Source: Planctomycetota bacterium (lineage in GTDB: Bacteria > Planctomycetota > Phycisphaerae > Phycisphaerales > SM1A02). Taken from it: 64,000 nucleotides of DNA. The translations under genes and the position numbers were made by a program. Positions 9,577 through 19,563 of the stretch are shown here, piece after piece; position 1 is the stretch's first letter; the number at the start of each line of letters is the position of its first letter. The DNA lies in assembly GCA_014381305.1 (NCBI GenBank), contig JACNLW010000043.1, positions 2,123 through 66,122 of the forward strand. The letters are read 5' to 3'. Below the pieces are notes generated by a model that did not search any database, was not told where the DNA came from, and saw only the letters and a list, made by a program, of their open reading frames with translations.

Positions 9577-10338
9577 ATGACGCAAAGACGATACATTATT
9601 GGCGGTAATTGGAAGATGAATACCGACCTTGAAACCGGCATGGCATTGGCCTCGCAGGTGGCGGATGTAGCAAGCACATGTGAGGCTTGTGATGTGGTTG
9701 TTTATCCACCATTCCCCTATTTGCAGGCGATAGACTCGGTTATTTCGAGTTCTCCTGTCGCCCTTGGATCGCAAAATTTTTGGCCTGAAGCCAGCGGCGC
9801 TTTCACTGGCGAGGTTTCTTGCGACATGCTCAAGGATCTGTCTGTGACGAGTGTTCTTGTCGGGCACAGCGAGCGGAGGCATGTTTTACATGAATCAAAT
9901 GCACTGATTGCCCAAAAAGTAGATTTTGCTATTGAGCGAGATTTCCAAGTCGTCCTCTGTGTTGGCGAAACCATTGAGCAGAGAGAAGCAGGAAACACCC
10001 TTGATATTGTTCTTGGGCAGTTGCAAAGTGGTTTAGAGTCGGTAAACCATGAATCGATGAAAAATATAGTTATTGCCTATGAGCCCGTGTGGGCCATTGG
10101 CACAGGTAAAACCGCTTCCGCAGAAGATGCTCAAGCGGTACACGGTGCAATTCGCGAAGCACTCGCATCAAGGTATGATGACAATGTGGCTTCCTCAACC
10201 CGTATTCAATACGGTGGATCTGTCAAACCGGAAAACGCGAAAGAATTATTCGCATGCCCCGATATTGATGGTGCTTTGGTTGGCGGTGCTGCATTGTCTG
10301 GTGAATCTTTTGCTGCAATTATTGAGGCAGCGTGTTAA
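9577..10338 (+). CDS. tpiA: triose-phosphate isomerase
   Basis: MTQRRYIIGGNWKMN..., VGHSERR and AYEPVWAIGTG are TIM signature motifs. The internal ATG at 9577 is preferred over GTG 9541, which lies inside the palindrome. Confidence 0.97.
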   Translation: MTQRRYIIGGNWKMNTDLETGMALASQVADVASTCEACDVVVYPPFPYLQAIDSVISSSPVALGSQNFWPEASGAFTGEVSCDMLKDLSVTSVLVGHSERRHVLHESNALIAQKVDFAIERDFQVVLCVGETIEQREAGNTLDIVLGQLQSGLESVNHESMKNIVIAYEPVWAIGTGKTASAEDAQAVHGAIREALASRYDDNVASSTRIQYGGSVKPENAKELFACPDIDGALVGGAALSGESFAAIIEAAC

Positions 10339-10374
10339 TGTTTGCCCAATATAGGGCTTTTTTGGAATTATGAA

Positions 10375-10749
10375 ATGAATCAAACTTTTCTTTATCTCAC
10401 AATCGGACTCATTGTTATCTCTGTATCAATGATCTTGATTATTCTTGTTCAGCGACCACAGGGTGGTGGACTTGCATCCGCATTCGGCGGAGGTGGTGGT
10501 GGAAACGACACCGTCTTTGGTGGACGGGTTGGCGACGCACTTACTGTGATGACAGTTATTGCCTTTGTTCTTTTTCTTGGGCTCGCTGTTGCACTCAATC
10601 TCGTTGAGAGTAAAAGTGCTCCTCCCGAAGTTGCCCCAACTGCGGAAGTCACTGCTACCACAGCACCCGACACAGCTGGTTCTACCGCTCCCGCATCAAC
10701 GGCAACAGAAACCAAACCCGATCATCCAACTTCAGACGGGTCGAAGTAA
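10375..10749 (+). CDS. secG: preprotein translocase subunit SecG
   Basis: MNQTFLYLTIGLIVISVSMILIILVQRPQGGGLASAFGGGGG matches SecG. It also has the conserved tpiA-secG adjacency and an Ala/Thr/Pro-rich tail. Confidence 0.88.
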   Translation: MNQTFLYLTIGLIVISVSMILIILVQRPQGGGLASAFGGGGGGNDTVFGGRVGDALTVMTVIAFVLFLGLAVALNLVESKSAPPEVAPTAEVTATTAPDTAGSTAPASTATETKPDHPTSDGSK

Positions 10750-10764
10750 CACGTGTTACGTTCG

Positions 10765-11628
10765 ATGACCGGATTTGGCAGTGCTTCAAGTCGTGATGAC
10801 GGCTTGGCATTGTTGGTTGAAGTGAGAACAGTAAACAACAAGTTTTATAAATCTCACATCCGATTACCAGACACATTGCAGGGTTTGGACGCAGAACTCG
10901 ACGCGTTTTTGTCCAGCCATTTTGTGCGTGGAAGTGTGACAGCGTCTGTGAAGTATGTAGATAACTCGTATAAAGCTGCCGCTTCATTGAACACAGACGC
11001 AATTAAAAAATACATCGACCAAATTCGAGAGGTTGATGAAAACTTGACAATCGACGCGGGGCGTCTCCTTTCTCTTCCGGGCGTTCTTATGCACGATACT
11101 GGCGAGGAACTTGTTGAACGAGTTCGACCCACCATTGCCAAACTGTTTGAAGACGCCTGTGCCTCTGCAATTGAAATGCGAACCCGAGAAGGTAAATCGT
11201 TAGAAAACGATTTAGAATTGCATCTTTGCAAAATTGATGAGCACCTTGCAAACATAAAAGAACGCGCGCCGCTTATTGTTTCCGATTATGAACAACGATT
11301 GCGTCAGCGGATGGAAGCACTCCTTTCTGATGTTGGTAAAGAAGTGAACGATGCTGATTTACTCAGGGAAGTTGCAGTCTTTGCAGAACGTGCAGATATT
11401 TCAGAGGAGATATCGAGACTTGGCGGCCATCTTGAACAGTTTAGAGAACTTGTTGGGAGTGTTAACTACGATCCTATTGGGAGAACGTTAGATTTTTTGG
11501 CACAAGAAATGCTTCGAGAATCAAACACAATCGCAAGCAAGTGTCTTGACGGCGACACGAGCCGTCGAATCGTAGTAATTAAAGGCGCAATTGACCGAAT
11601 CAAGGAACAAGTGCAAAACGCAGAGTAA
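10765..11628 (+). CDS. yicC: YicC/YloC family endoribonuclease (stress-induced protein)
   Basis: The N-terminus MTGFGSAS and the C-terminal region DISEEISRL..H..QF, REMLRESNTIASK are typical of the YicC family. Confidence 0.85.
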   Translation: MTGFGSASSRDDGLALLVEVRTVNNKFYKSHIRLPDTLQGLDAELDAFLSSHFVRGSVTASVKYVDNSYKAAASLNTDAIKKYIDQIREVDENLTIDAGRLLSLPGVLMHDTGEELVERVRPTIAKLFEDACASAIEMRTREGKSLENDLELHLCKIDEHLANIKERAPLIVSDYEQRLRQRMEALLSDVGKEVNDADLLREVAVFAERADISEEISRLGGHLEQFRELVGSVNYDPIGRTLDFLAQEMLRESNTIASKCLDGDTSRRIVVIKGAIDRIKEQVQNAE

Positions 11629-11634
11629 CAACGC

Positions 11635-12765
11635 GTGAGCAATGAACCAGACAATATTGATCGAACTTCTCGTCTTGGGCCTCTTGCCGAGGACGGTTCA
11701 GTTGTAGAAGAAATTAGCGGCCGCGATTTAGCGATTGTGTTGAGCCGATATGACATTGGCGCGGTAGATCGAATATCAGATTACAAAAGAGGGTCACGGC
11801 GATCTCCCAAGATGCATATTGTTTCTTCAATGGGCGAATTTCTATTGAAACGCAGAGCGGTTGGTCACGATGAACACTCCCGAGTTGTTTTTGCGCATGG
11901 AGTGCAGGCAACATTGTTAGAGCACCGTTTTCCAGTCGCTGGTCTTGTTTCTACAACACAGGGAACTACACTTGTGCAACACGATGGTCGCATCTATGAG
12001 CTCTTTCGTTTTATTACAGGCAAGAGATTCGATAAATCAAACCCAGCAGCTTCTGAGGCTGGAAGAGTGCTTGCACACTTTCATAGTATCCTGTTGAGCA
12101 ACAAAGAAGAGCCTATTGTAGGGAGCGGAACGTTCCATCACTCGCAACAAATTCCAGAAGTGCTCGGTTCAATTTTTCAAGTTTTATCAACGCACGAAGA
12201 TGCATCTGCACTTGAAGGGATTGACGACACGATAGAATATATTCGTGAGCAGTATGAAAATTCTGCAAAAAAAGTACAGGCTCTAGAATGGGATTCTCTT
12301 GGACCTCAATTGGTTCACGGTGATTGGCATCCCGGAAACATGTTGTATGCAGATAGCGAAATTATTGCAGTCATCGATTTTGATTCCTTACGTTTTCAGC
12401 CACGAATCACCGACGTTGCAAATGGCGCGTTGCAATTTTCTATGCGAATGGGTACGGCGGAAAATGTTGATTCTTGGGGAGATGGTTTTCGTGGGCACAC
12501 TATCCAATCTTTTGTACAAGCCTATGATCAGTTTTCTCAAATCCCACTCTTTGCATCAGAGCGTGCGATGATTCCAGATCTGATGGTGGAAGCACTCATT
12601 GTTGAGAGCGTGATTCCAATTTGCAAAACTGGTTCGTTTGGAAGTGTCGCAGGTTCTACATTTTTAAGACTCGTTGAGAAAAAATTGAGATGGCTTGAGC
12701 CAAGAATGCAGCGAGTTATTGATGTTATACAACCACCACTCAGTGGCGAGGACAGTTTTGCATGA
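11635..12765 (+). CDS. phosphotransferase (APH / homoserine-kinase-II-like kinase fold) family protein
   Basis: LVHGDWHPGNMLY....VIDFD is the catalytic-loop/Mg-binding (Brenner-type) motif of the aminoglycoside/choline kinase-like family. The start is GTG. Confidence 0.75.
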   Translation: MSNEPDNIDRTSRLGPLAEDGSVVEEISGRDLAIVLSRYDIGAVDRISDYKRGSRRSPKMHIVSSMGEFLLKRRAVGHDEHSRVVFAHGVQATLLEHRFPVAGLVSTTQGTTLVQHDGRIYELFRFITGKRFDKSNPAASEAGRVLAHFHSILLSNKEEPIVGSGTFHHSQQIPEVLGSIFQVLSTHEDASALEGIDDTIEYIREQYENSAKKVQALEWDSLGPQLVHGDWHPGNMLYADSEIIAVIDFDSLRFQPRITDVANGALQFSMRMGTAENVDSWGDGFRGHTIQSFVQAYDQFSQIPLFASERAMIPDLMVEALIVESVIPICKTGSFGSVAGSTFLRLVEKKLRWLEPRMQRVIDVIQPPLSGEDSFA

Positions 12766-13142
12766 GCCAAGATCTCGTTACACTTATGACCGTTCCGTCT
12801 GAATTTGAAGCAAATCTACTAGCGATTGTGTTGAAAGACAACGGCATTGAGGCATTTGTTTTTGCATCATCTGCATCTGGAATTGGAGTTTCTTTTAGTG
12901 GAGGAACAATAGGCATTCCGTTGCAAGTCCGCGCAGATGATGTTGCTAAAGCGACACAAGTTCTTGCGGCAAATAAGCGTGATTCAATAGACATTGATTG
13001 GGATGAATTGGAACTTGCGGGTTCAAACATTGAAGTTCATGAACCAGCCATGATGAGTATTCCTGCAAGAGCTGCTTTTTTTATTACTGCAATAGTGTTA
13101 CTTGTAGGATTGGCGATTACCTTGTTTTTGGCAATTTCTTAA
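12762..13142 (+). CDS. hypothetical membrane-anchored protein with DUF2007-like N-terminal domain
   Basis: LVTLMTVPSEFEANLLAIVLKDNGIEAFVF resembles the small putative signal-transducing (DUF2007) fold. There is a C-terminal TM helix. ATGA overlaps the upstream kinase-like gene. Confidence 0.55.
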   Translation: MSQDLVTLMTVPSEFEANLLAIVLKDNGIEAFVFASSASGIGVSFSGGTIGIPLQVRADDVAKATQVLAANKRDSIDIDWDELELAGSNIEVHEPAMMSIPARAAFFITAIVLLVGLAITLFLAIS

Positions 13143-14407
13143 TTTGTAAATTGACTTAAAAACTCTGTAATTGCTTCTGAATCACTCGGACCCATTGGAC
13201 CTACGGGAGTCATCACAACCCAATCGGTAATATCATCAACGGATAAGTTTTCTTCGTGACCCTCTGGTAATGAAGTCGCAAACTTGGGCTCATGCGCGAG
13301 CGCCCCAACAATATTTGGTGTTTCTACTTTTGTAATGCGAAACCAAAGGTATTCACTAGGTGAATCTTTCTCTTCAGTGTTTGTCCAAGGCACCTGCACC
13401 ATACATGCTGCGTGTTCGCTCTCACCAATTTGAGCAGCGGCATCAAGGAGCATCTTCCACTCGCTTTTTGCAAGCACTGCTTGCCGTTTTGTATAACGAG
13501 CAGTTTTTGCTACAGCAGTATCGCCGCAGCGAAGCGCTTCAAGTGCTTCGAGTGGAAAAACAGAAGTACCATCTGGCGAAGCGATCGCAACTGAGGGAAT
13601 AGTTCTAGATTCAAAACCAGGCATTTCTTTTTTCAACATGCCAACAGCAGTGTCGCATTTTAAAAGAGAAACGAGAATATCGGGACCAAGCGACATCGCT
13701 TGTCCAATAGGGGGAAGCGGAGATTCGAATGTAAGCGCTGCAAGTCCATCCACGACATGCGCGGCTTCGGAAGTCAAAATTGCAGGAACACCGAGCATTT
13801 CCAATTCTACTCTGCCACATCTCGCCAAACCATGTGTTGTCACCCAAGCCCACATATCTTCTGGGTCAGAATCTTCTGGAGCTTCGACAACTCTGGTGAT
13901 CCACATGATTTCTTCAGGTGGTTGCGTTGTGTCGTCAATAAACAGTTTGTCAAGAATTGGTCGCGGAAACCATCTTCCCGTTGCTAAGTCACAAATACTT
14001 TCAACACCTAAGTCTGCGCCGGAAAATAGGCGCATGATGTTTGAAAAATGCGTGAGTGGATCGCCGGAATGTAAGACGGTTTGAACAGCAATGATCCAAC
14101 CGTTTTGTACACCCGAAGCTTCGCGGCTTGCATCATTTAACTTTTCTGCCCATACAACCATATCCGTCGGTAACCCAACAAGTCTGATGCGCATTGCAAA
14201 GAGCATATCGCTGTCTTGAATTTCTATTTCTTCTGCTTCTATTGACTCGCCAATAAAAGTTGCGAGCGCATTGCCAATAGATTCAACGGTTGGTTGTTCG
14301 GTAGTATTTACAACTGCTCGAATATCAGTTGGCAATGGATTCGCAAGTTGCCAAGGAGTATCTGCGGAAGCAGGAGTGAATTCGGTAGTGTGTGTTGTGT
14401 TTGTCAT
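13139..14407 (-). CDS. hypothetical protein (422 aa), C-terminus DUF2314-like
   Basis: This long ORF has no competing frame. C-terminal YLWFRITKVE...GALAHEP....LPEG......DDITDWVV resembles the DUF2314 pattern, recognised from memory only. Confidence 0.6.
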   Translation of the reverse strand: MTNTTHTTEFTPASADTPWQLANPLPTDIRAVVNTTEQPTVESIGNALATFIGESIEAEEIEIQDSDMLFAMRIRLVGLPTDMVVWAEKLNDASREASGVQNGWIIAVQTVLHSGDPLTHFSNIMRLFSGADLGVESICDLATGRWFPRPILDKLFIDDTTQPPEEIMWITRVVEAPEDSDPEDMWAWVTTHGLARCGRVELEMLGVPAILTSEAAHVVDGLAALTFESPLPPIGQAMSLGPDILVSLLKCDTAVGMLKKEMPGFESRTIPSVAIASPDGTSVFPLEALEALRCGDTAVAKTARYTKRQAVLAKSEWKMLLDAAAQIGESEHAACMVQVPWTNTEEKDSPSEYLWFRITKVETPNIVGALAHEPKFATSLPEGHEENLSVDDITDWVVMTPVGPMGPSDSEAITEFLSQFTN

Positions 14408-14409
14408 TG

Positions 14410-17157
14410 TTAGTTTGCAACTATGTTAATTATTTTTCCAGGGACAACGATAATCTTACGTACAGTAAGACCTTCAAGGCATTCTTTAACTCGTTCATCT
14501 GCCAATGCGGCATTTTCAACTTCTTCGGAGGTCGCTTCGGCGGGTACCTCTATTTTACCGCGAACCTTCCCCATAATTTGTACAGGAAGTTCTATGGTGC
14601 TTGCAGTGAGCATTGCTTCATCAAAACTTGGCCACTGCGAGGAACAAACAAAACTGTCTTCTCCAAGGCGCGCGAATAATTCTTGGGAAATATGTGGTGC
14701 AAAAGGCGAGAGAATGCGAATAAATTGTTGCAGTTGACTCGTTGTAATGCATCCCGCATTGGTTGCAGAGTTTACAAATTCAATCATCGAAGCGATCGCG
14801 GTGTTGTATGCAAGTTGTGGAATGTCACCTGTAACCTTGGCGATTGTTTTGTGTAACGACCGCTCGACATCTTCATTTGGTTCTGAATTCAAACAAGCAC
14901 GAAGTTCTCCCGTTTCTTCTTCAATTCCAAGTCTCCAAACACGTTGCAGAAAGCGATGCACGCCGACAATGTCATGTGTATTCCATGGTGCGGATGCTTC
15001 GAGGGGTCCCATGTACATTTCGTACAACCGTAGTGTGTCTGCGCCGTATTCAGCAATAACATCATCAGGGTTCACAACGTTTTTCAAAGACTTGCTCATC
15101 TTTGCAATGATTTGATTTACTTCTTCCCCAGTTATCTTTTCAACGTACTTGCCATCCTTTTCTTCAACTTCTGTTGTTGGAACAAGTGTTTTATCACTTC
15201 GTTGGAATGCGAAACTCGTAAGCAATCCTTGGTGAAAAAGTTTTTTGAATGGTTCGTTTGATGAAACCTCACCAAGATCAAACAACATTTTTTGCCAGAA
15301 ACGTGTGTACAACAAGTGTCGAACAGCGTGTTCGGCACCACCGATGTACATGTCGACGCCGTTCCCCATCCAATACGACTCTGCTTCTTTGTCAACAAAT
15401 CGAGTTTCACACGATGGGCTGCAATAGCGCAATTCATACCAACACGAACCCGCCCAGCCGGGCATGGTGTTTACCTCTCTTCGAACTGGTGTGTCTGGTG
15501 AAAGAAGTGAAGCGTCAACGCCCGCTTCTCCAGCAGTTGTATGCACCCAAGATTCTGCTTTTGCAAGAAGCGGTTGTGGCTCATCAGAAACAGGCGGGGT
15601 GTAATCATCAATTGTTGGAAGTTCCACTGGCAGTGACGTTTCGCTGATTGGATAATGTTTGCCGTTAGCATCAAACACAATTGGAAAAGGTTCGCCCCAA
15701 TATCGTTGTCTTGAAAAAAGCCAATCACGCAGTCGATAATTTACTTTTCCAAAGCCAAACCCGCTAGTTTTTAGCCAGTCGATGATTGTTTGTTTTGCCT
15801 CGGCTGTTTGTTGTCCATTTATTGAAACAACTTCACTTGCAGAATTAACCGCAACGCCTTCGCTGGCAAAACAACCCTCGCAAGGTTCATCTGGTTGTAC
15901 AACTTCAACGATTTGGATGGAGTGCGCAGTTGCAAATGCGTGGTCGCGATCATCGTGCGCTGGAACCGCCATGATTGCACCGTGCCCGTACCCCATAAGC
16001 ACATAATCAGCGATCCAAATTGGAATTTTTGCTCCGTTTGCAGGGTTGATCGCAAACTTGCCTGTGTCAACACCGGTTTTTTCTTTTGAGTCTGCCATGC
16101 GGTCAACGTCAGAGCGGTTTCTCGCTTCTTCGACATACGCTTGGACTTCTGGTGTTTTGATTGATTCTACAAACGGGTGCTCAGGGGCGAGCACCATAAA
16201 CGTGGCACCAAAAAGAGTGTCCGGTCTAGTTGTATACACACGAATAGTTTTATCGCAACCATCAATTAAAAAATCAATGTCAGCACCTTCGCTTCGACCG
16301 ATCCAATCTTTCTGCATCCGCAGTGTCGACTCTGGCCAATCGAGCCCTTTTAGATCGTATAACAAACGATCAGCGTACGCTGTAATTCTGAACATCCACT
16401 GGCGCATTGACCGCCGCACAACCGGATGACCGCCTCGTTCGCTTCTACCATCAACAACTTCTTCGTTTGCTAAAACAGTTCCAAGTTTTGGACACCAGTT
16501 GACGGTGTATTCTCCAAGATATGCAAGCCGTTTTGAATCTATAAACTCGTCTTGTTGTGTTTGGGTAAGTGCATTCCAAGGCGTGTCACCACACGAAATC
16601 TTTTTTTGTTCAAGCCCAGAAACAAGATCACTAACTGGCAACGCCTTTTGCTTTTCTTCATCGAACCAAGAGTCGTATGCCTTAAGCCAAATCCATTGCG
16701 TCCATTTGTAATAATCTGGATCGATGGTTGCAAACTCGCGTGACCAATCGTAACTGAAACCAATTCTTTTTAGTTGTCCACGGAACGTGTCGATTGCTTT
16801 ACGCGTAGTTTTTGCTGGGTGCACTCCGGTTTCGATGGCGTACTGTTCAGCGGGCAAACCAAATGCATCCCAACCCATTGGGTGCAGGACGTTAAATCCC
16901 TGCATTCTTTTGAAACGCGAAAGAATATCACTGCCGATGTATCCAACAGGATGACCAACATGCAAGCCAGCGCCGCTTGGATAGGGAAACATGTCAAGGC
17001 AATAAAATTTTGGTTTTGAAATATCAAAATTAACATCGTTTGGATTGCCAACTTTGTTAATGTTCGTTTCGTCCCAAGCCTGTTGCCACTTTACTTCTAT
17101 TTCATTTGCAAGAGAGGTGCAGTAGCGGTGTTCGTTTTTTGTAGGTGTGCAAGACAT
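14410..17157 (-). CDS. leuS: leucine--tRNA ligase
   Basis: The ORF has NEIEVKWQQAW, the HVGHP (HIGH) motif and KMSKSLKN (KMSKS). ATG 17157 is chosen; 17187 and 17259 are also in frame. Confidence 0.97.
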   Translation of the reverse strand: MSCTPTKNEHRYCTSLANEIEVKWQQAWDETNINKVGNPNDVNFDISKPKFYCLDMFPYPSGAGLHVGHPVGYIGSDILSRFKRMQGFNVLHPMGWDAFGLPAEQYAIETGVHPAKTTRKAIDTFRGQLKRIGFSYDWSREFATIDPDYYKWTQWIWLKAYDSWFDEEKQKALPVSDLVSGLEQKKISCGDTPWNALTQTQQDEFIDSKRLAYLGEYTVNWCPKLGTVLANEEVVDGRSERGGHPVVRRSMRQWMFRITAYADRLLYDLKGLDWPESTLRMQKDWIGRSEGADIDFLIDGCDKTIRVYTTRPDTLFGATFMVLAPEHPFVESIKTPEVQAYVEEARNRSDVDRMADSKEKTGVDTGKFAINPANGAKIPIWIADYVLMGYGHGAIMAVPAHDDRDHAFATAHSIQIVEVVQPDEPCEGCFASEGVAVNSASEVVSINGQQTAEAKQTIIDWLKTSGFGFGKVNYRLRDWLFSRQRYWGEPFPIVFDANGKHYPISETSLPVELPTIDDYTPPVSDEPQPLLAKAESWVHTTAGEAGVDASLLSPDTPVRREVNTMPGWAGSCWYELRYCSPSCETRFVDKEAESYWMGNGVDMYIGGAEHAVRHLLYTRFWQKMLFDLGEVSSNEPFKKLFHQGLLTSFAFQRSDKTLVPTTEVEEKDGKYVEKITGEEVNQIIAKMSKSLKNVVNPDDVIAEYGADTLRLYEMYMGPLEASAPWNTHDIVGVHRFLQRVWRLGIEEETGELRACLNSEPNEDVERSLHKTIAKVTGDIPQLAYNTAIASMIEFVNSATNAGCITTSQLQQFIRILSPFAPHISQELFARLGEDSFVCSSQWPSFDEAMLTASTIELPVQIMGKVRGKIEVPAEATSEEVENAALADERVKECLEGLTVRKIIVVPGKIINIVAN

Positions 17158-17212
17158 GAAACGTACAGGATACCTGAGCGGTGCCATTCCTAGGAGTTTT
17201 AAGCGTAGATGG

Positions 17213-18622
17213 TTATCGTTTCTTTGCCAACTCGGATAAGTGTTTCTTTGCATCGCCAACGAGGTAAAAACTGCCAGTCACGCAGATGAGGTCATCGCGA
17301 CTTGTTGCACGGGCAGCGATTTCGATTGCCTCGCCAAGCGTATTGGCAACTTGGGTCATTTTTCCACTTATTTCTGCAAATTGTCTTTGAAGTATTCGTG
17401 GTTCGACTGCACGGGGATTGTTTTGCGATTTCGTGAAGATAATTTTATCGGCTCCAAGGGAAAGTTCGCGGAGCATTCCAGTGACATCTTTGTCGGCACA
17501 ACACCCAAAGACGCAAACCATCGAATCGTACGGTACATGTGCACCAATACATTTAATAAGAGATTGAAGAGCAGTTGGATTGTGAGCACCATCGACAAGA
17601 ATTTTTGGTTTGTCCCAAGCAAGTTCCATGCGTCCATCTATGTTTGCATTGCCGAGACTTTCATAGAGGGCAGTATCTTCAAACTTGAACCCAAGTGTTT
17701 TCAGCTTGCAAATTGCAGCAAGAGCGAGACCACAGTTTCGTGCTTGATGCGCACCTTTTAAAGGTACAGGTGTGTGCATAAACTGGGTTTCTTCGGTAAT
17801 GATACAAATTCTATTTTGTGGCACACCTTGGTTGCTTGTGACGAAACGTAAACTAAATTCAATTTCATCTCCGACAAGTTCAAGGTCGCACATTGTTTCC
17901 TCGGCGGTGGAACGCAATACATTCACTACGTTTTCGTCTTGTTGACAACTAATTGCGGGTGTTGATTTTTTAAATATACCCGCTTTTTCCTTAGCAATTT
18001 CTTCAAGTGTTTTGCCAAGAATGTGTGTGTGGTCAAGATCAATTTGCGTGATGAGCGTAAGGATTGGGTTGATGACATTTGTTGAATCAAGTCGACCGCC
18101 TAGTCCAGTTTCGATAACCGCGATATCGACTGCTTTCTCGGCGAAGTACTTGAATGATGTTGCAGTGATTAATTCAAAGAACGTTGGTGTGACGTTTCGT
18201 TTTTTTGCAGCAGCGACAACTTCAGCAACAATTTCAGTGAATTCATCTTCGCTGATCATTTCATCATTCACGACAATTCGTTCGCGAATGTCGATGAGGT
18301 GCGGGGAAGTATATTTGCCAACGGCATACCCATTGCCTCGCAGCATTGTTGTGAGCATTTCGACTGTTGATCCCTTACCGACTGTGCCAGCAACATGTAC
18401 CATCGAGACCTGTTCTTGCGGATTCCCAAGTTCGTCTAGGATGTCTCGCATTCGATCAAGTTTGAAAGTGTCTTCATCGTATTGAACAACTCGTAATCGT
18501 TCGTAATCAGTTTGTTCAAGTAGGTAAGCAACAGCCGATGAGAAGGTTTTGATTGGCTTCTCTTTCGATTTAGTTGTTTTCTTGGTTGTACGTTTTTTAG
18601 TTGTTTTTTTTGCGGTTGCCAT
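17213..18622 (-). CDS. folC: bifunctional folylpolyglutamate synthase / dihydrofolate synthase
   Basis: HVAGTVGKGST (P-loop of the Mur ligase family), TSPHL and DGAHNP motifs are present. A Lys/Thr-rich N-terminal extension of about 30 aa precedes them. Confidence 0.92.
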   Translation of the reverse strand: MATAKKTTKKRTTKKTTKSKEKPIKTFSSAVAYLLEQTDYERLRVVQYDEDTFKLDRMRDILDELGNPQEQVSMVHVAGTVGKGSTVEMLTTMLRGNGYAVGKYTSPHLIDIRERIVVNDEMISEDEFTEIVAEVVAAAKKRNVTPTFFELITATSFKYFAEKAVDIAVIETGLGGRLDSTNVINPILTLITQIDLDHTHILGKTLEEIAKEKAGIFKKSTPAISCQQDENVVNVLRSTAEETMCDLELVGDEIEFSLRFVTSNQGVPQNRICIITEETQFMHTPVPLKGAHQARNCGLALAAICKLKTLGFKFEDTALYESLGNANIDGRMELAWDKPKILVDGAHNPTALQSLIKCIGAHVPYDSMVCVFGCCADKDVTGMLRELSLGADKIIFTKSQNNPRAVEPRILQRQFAEISGKMTQVANTLGEAIEIAARATSRDDLICVTGSFYLVGDAKKHLSELAKKR

Positions 18623-18720
18623 AGCCGCGTCATTCTACCATAAATCGTGTTTTATTACAAATCAGCAAGTGTAAACTGTTGTAATACAAAGACTTGTGGA
18701 GTTAAAAGGTTTTTTAAATT

Positions 18721-19458
18721 ATGCCCGATACCAGTCTTGCAGCTGAATCTTGGAGAGTACTTCGAATTACAGGTGAGTTTGTTGATGCGATTGATACGCT
18801 TTGTAAACTTCCCCCAGCAGTCTCTGTGTTTGGCTCTGCGAGGCTTCCAGAGAGTAACGAACATTATAAATCTGCGCGAGAATGTGGGAAATTGCTCGTA
18901 GAAGCGGGTTTTGCTGTGATTACTGGGGGTGGACCAGGCATTATGGAGGCTGCGAATCGAGGTGCAACCGACGCGAAAGGGGTCTCGGTTGGATTGAATA
19001 TCTCCTTGCCTCAGGAGCAGGATGCCAATCCATATCAAACAGTGGAGCTTGATTTTCGATATTTTTTCATCCGCAAAGTGATGTTTGTGAAATACGCGAG
19101 GGGGTTTATCATCTATCCGGGTGGATTTGGGACGCTCGACGAATTTTTTGAATCGCTCACATTGATGCAGACATTGAAGATCAAGCCGTTTCCTGTTGTG
19201 CTTGTTGGTTCTGACTATTGGTCGAGCCTCGTTGGTTGGATGAAAACGCACTTAGTAAGTACGTTTGAAACGATTTCCGAAGAAGATTTGGACTTGTTCC
19301 AGATTGTCGATGATCCTGCAGAGGCAGTAAAAATCGTCCTTGACGATTTTACAGGTCGAAAACTTGCCGCTGAAAAATTACCTCGCTTCGAATCAGACGA
19401 AGATCAGCCAACCGGCGAAGGGACTCGAACCGGTGTTCGACCTCGCCGCGGAACATGA
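18721..19458 (+). CDS. LOG family (TIGR00730-type) nucleotide 5'-monophosphate nucleosidase
   Basis: ITGGGPGIMEAANRGA and PGGFGTLDEFFE are the two LOG/lysine-decarboxylase-like signature motifs. Confidence 0.9.
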   Translation: MPDTSLAAESWRVLRITGEFVDAIDTLCKLPPAVSVFGSARLPESNEHYKSARECGKLLVEAGFAVITGGGPGIMEAANRGATDAKGVSVGLNISLPQEQDANPYQTVELDFRYFFIRKVMFVKYARGFIIYPGGFGTLDEFFESLTLMQTLKIKPFPVVLVGSDYWSSLVGWMKTHLVSTFETISEEDLDLFQIVDDPAEAVKIVLDDFTGRKLAAEKLPRFESDEDQPTGEGTRTGVRPRRGT

Positions 19459-19471
19459 GACCGCTAGAGGG

Positions 19472-19503
19472 CGCGGTCTAATAAACTCACCGGGGGTGAG
19501 TTT
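19472..19503. repeat. M1-tail plus 21-bp palindrome copy
   Basis: The sequence is CGCGGTCTAAT followed by AAACTCACCGGGGGTGAGTTT (19483-19503). It starts 14 nt after the LOG-family stop. Confidence 0.95.
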
Positions 19504-19563
19504 ATTCTGGGGGTAAGGTCATGGAGCTAGCCCGACTCTAAGCAAAAGGTGCCTGCCTCTATA

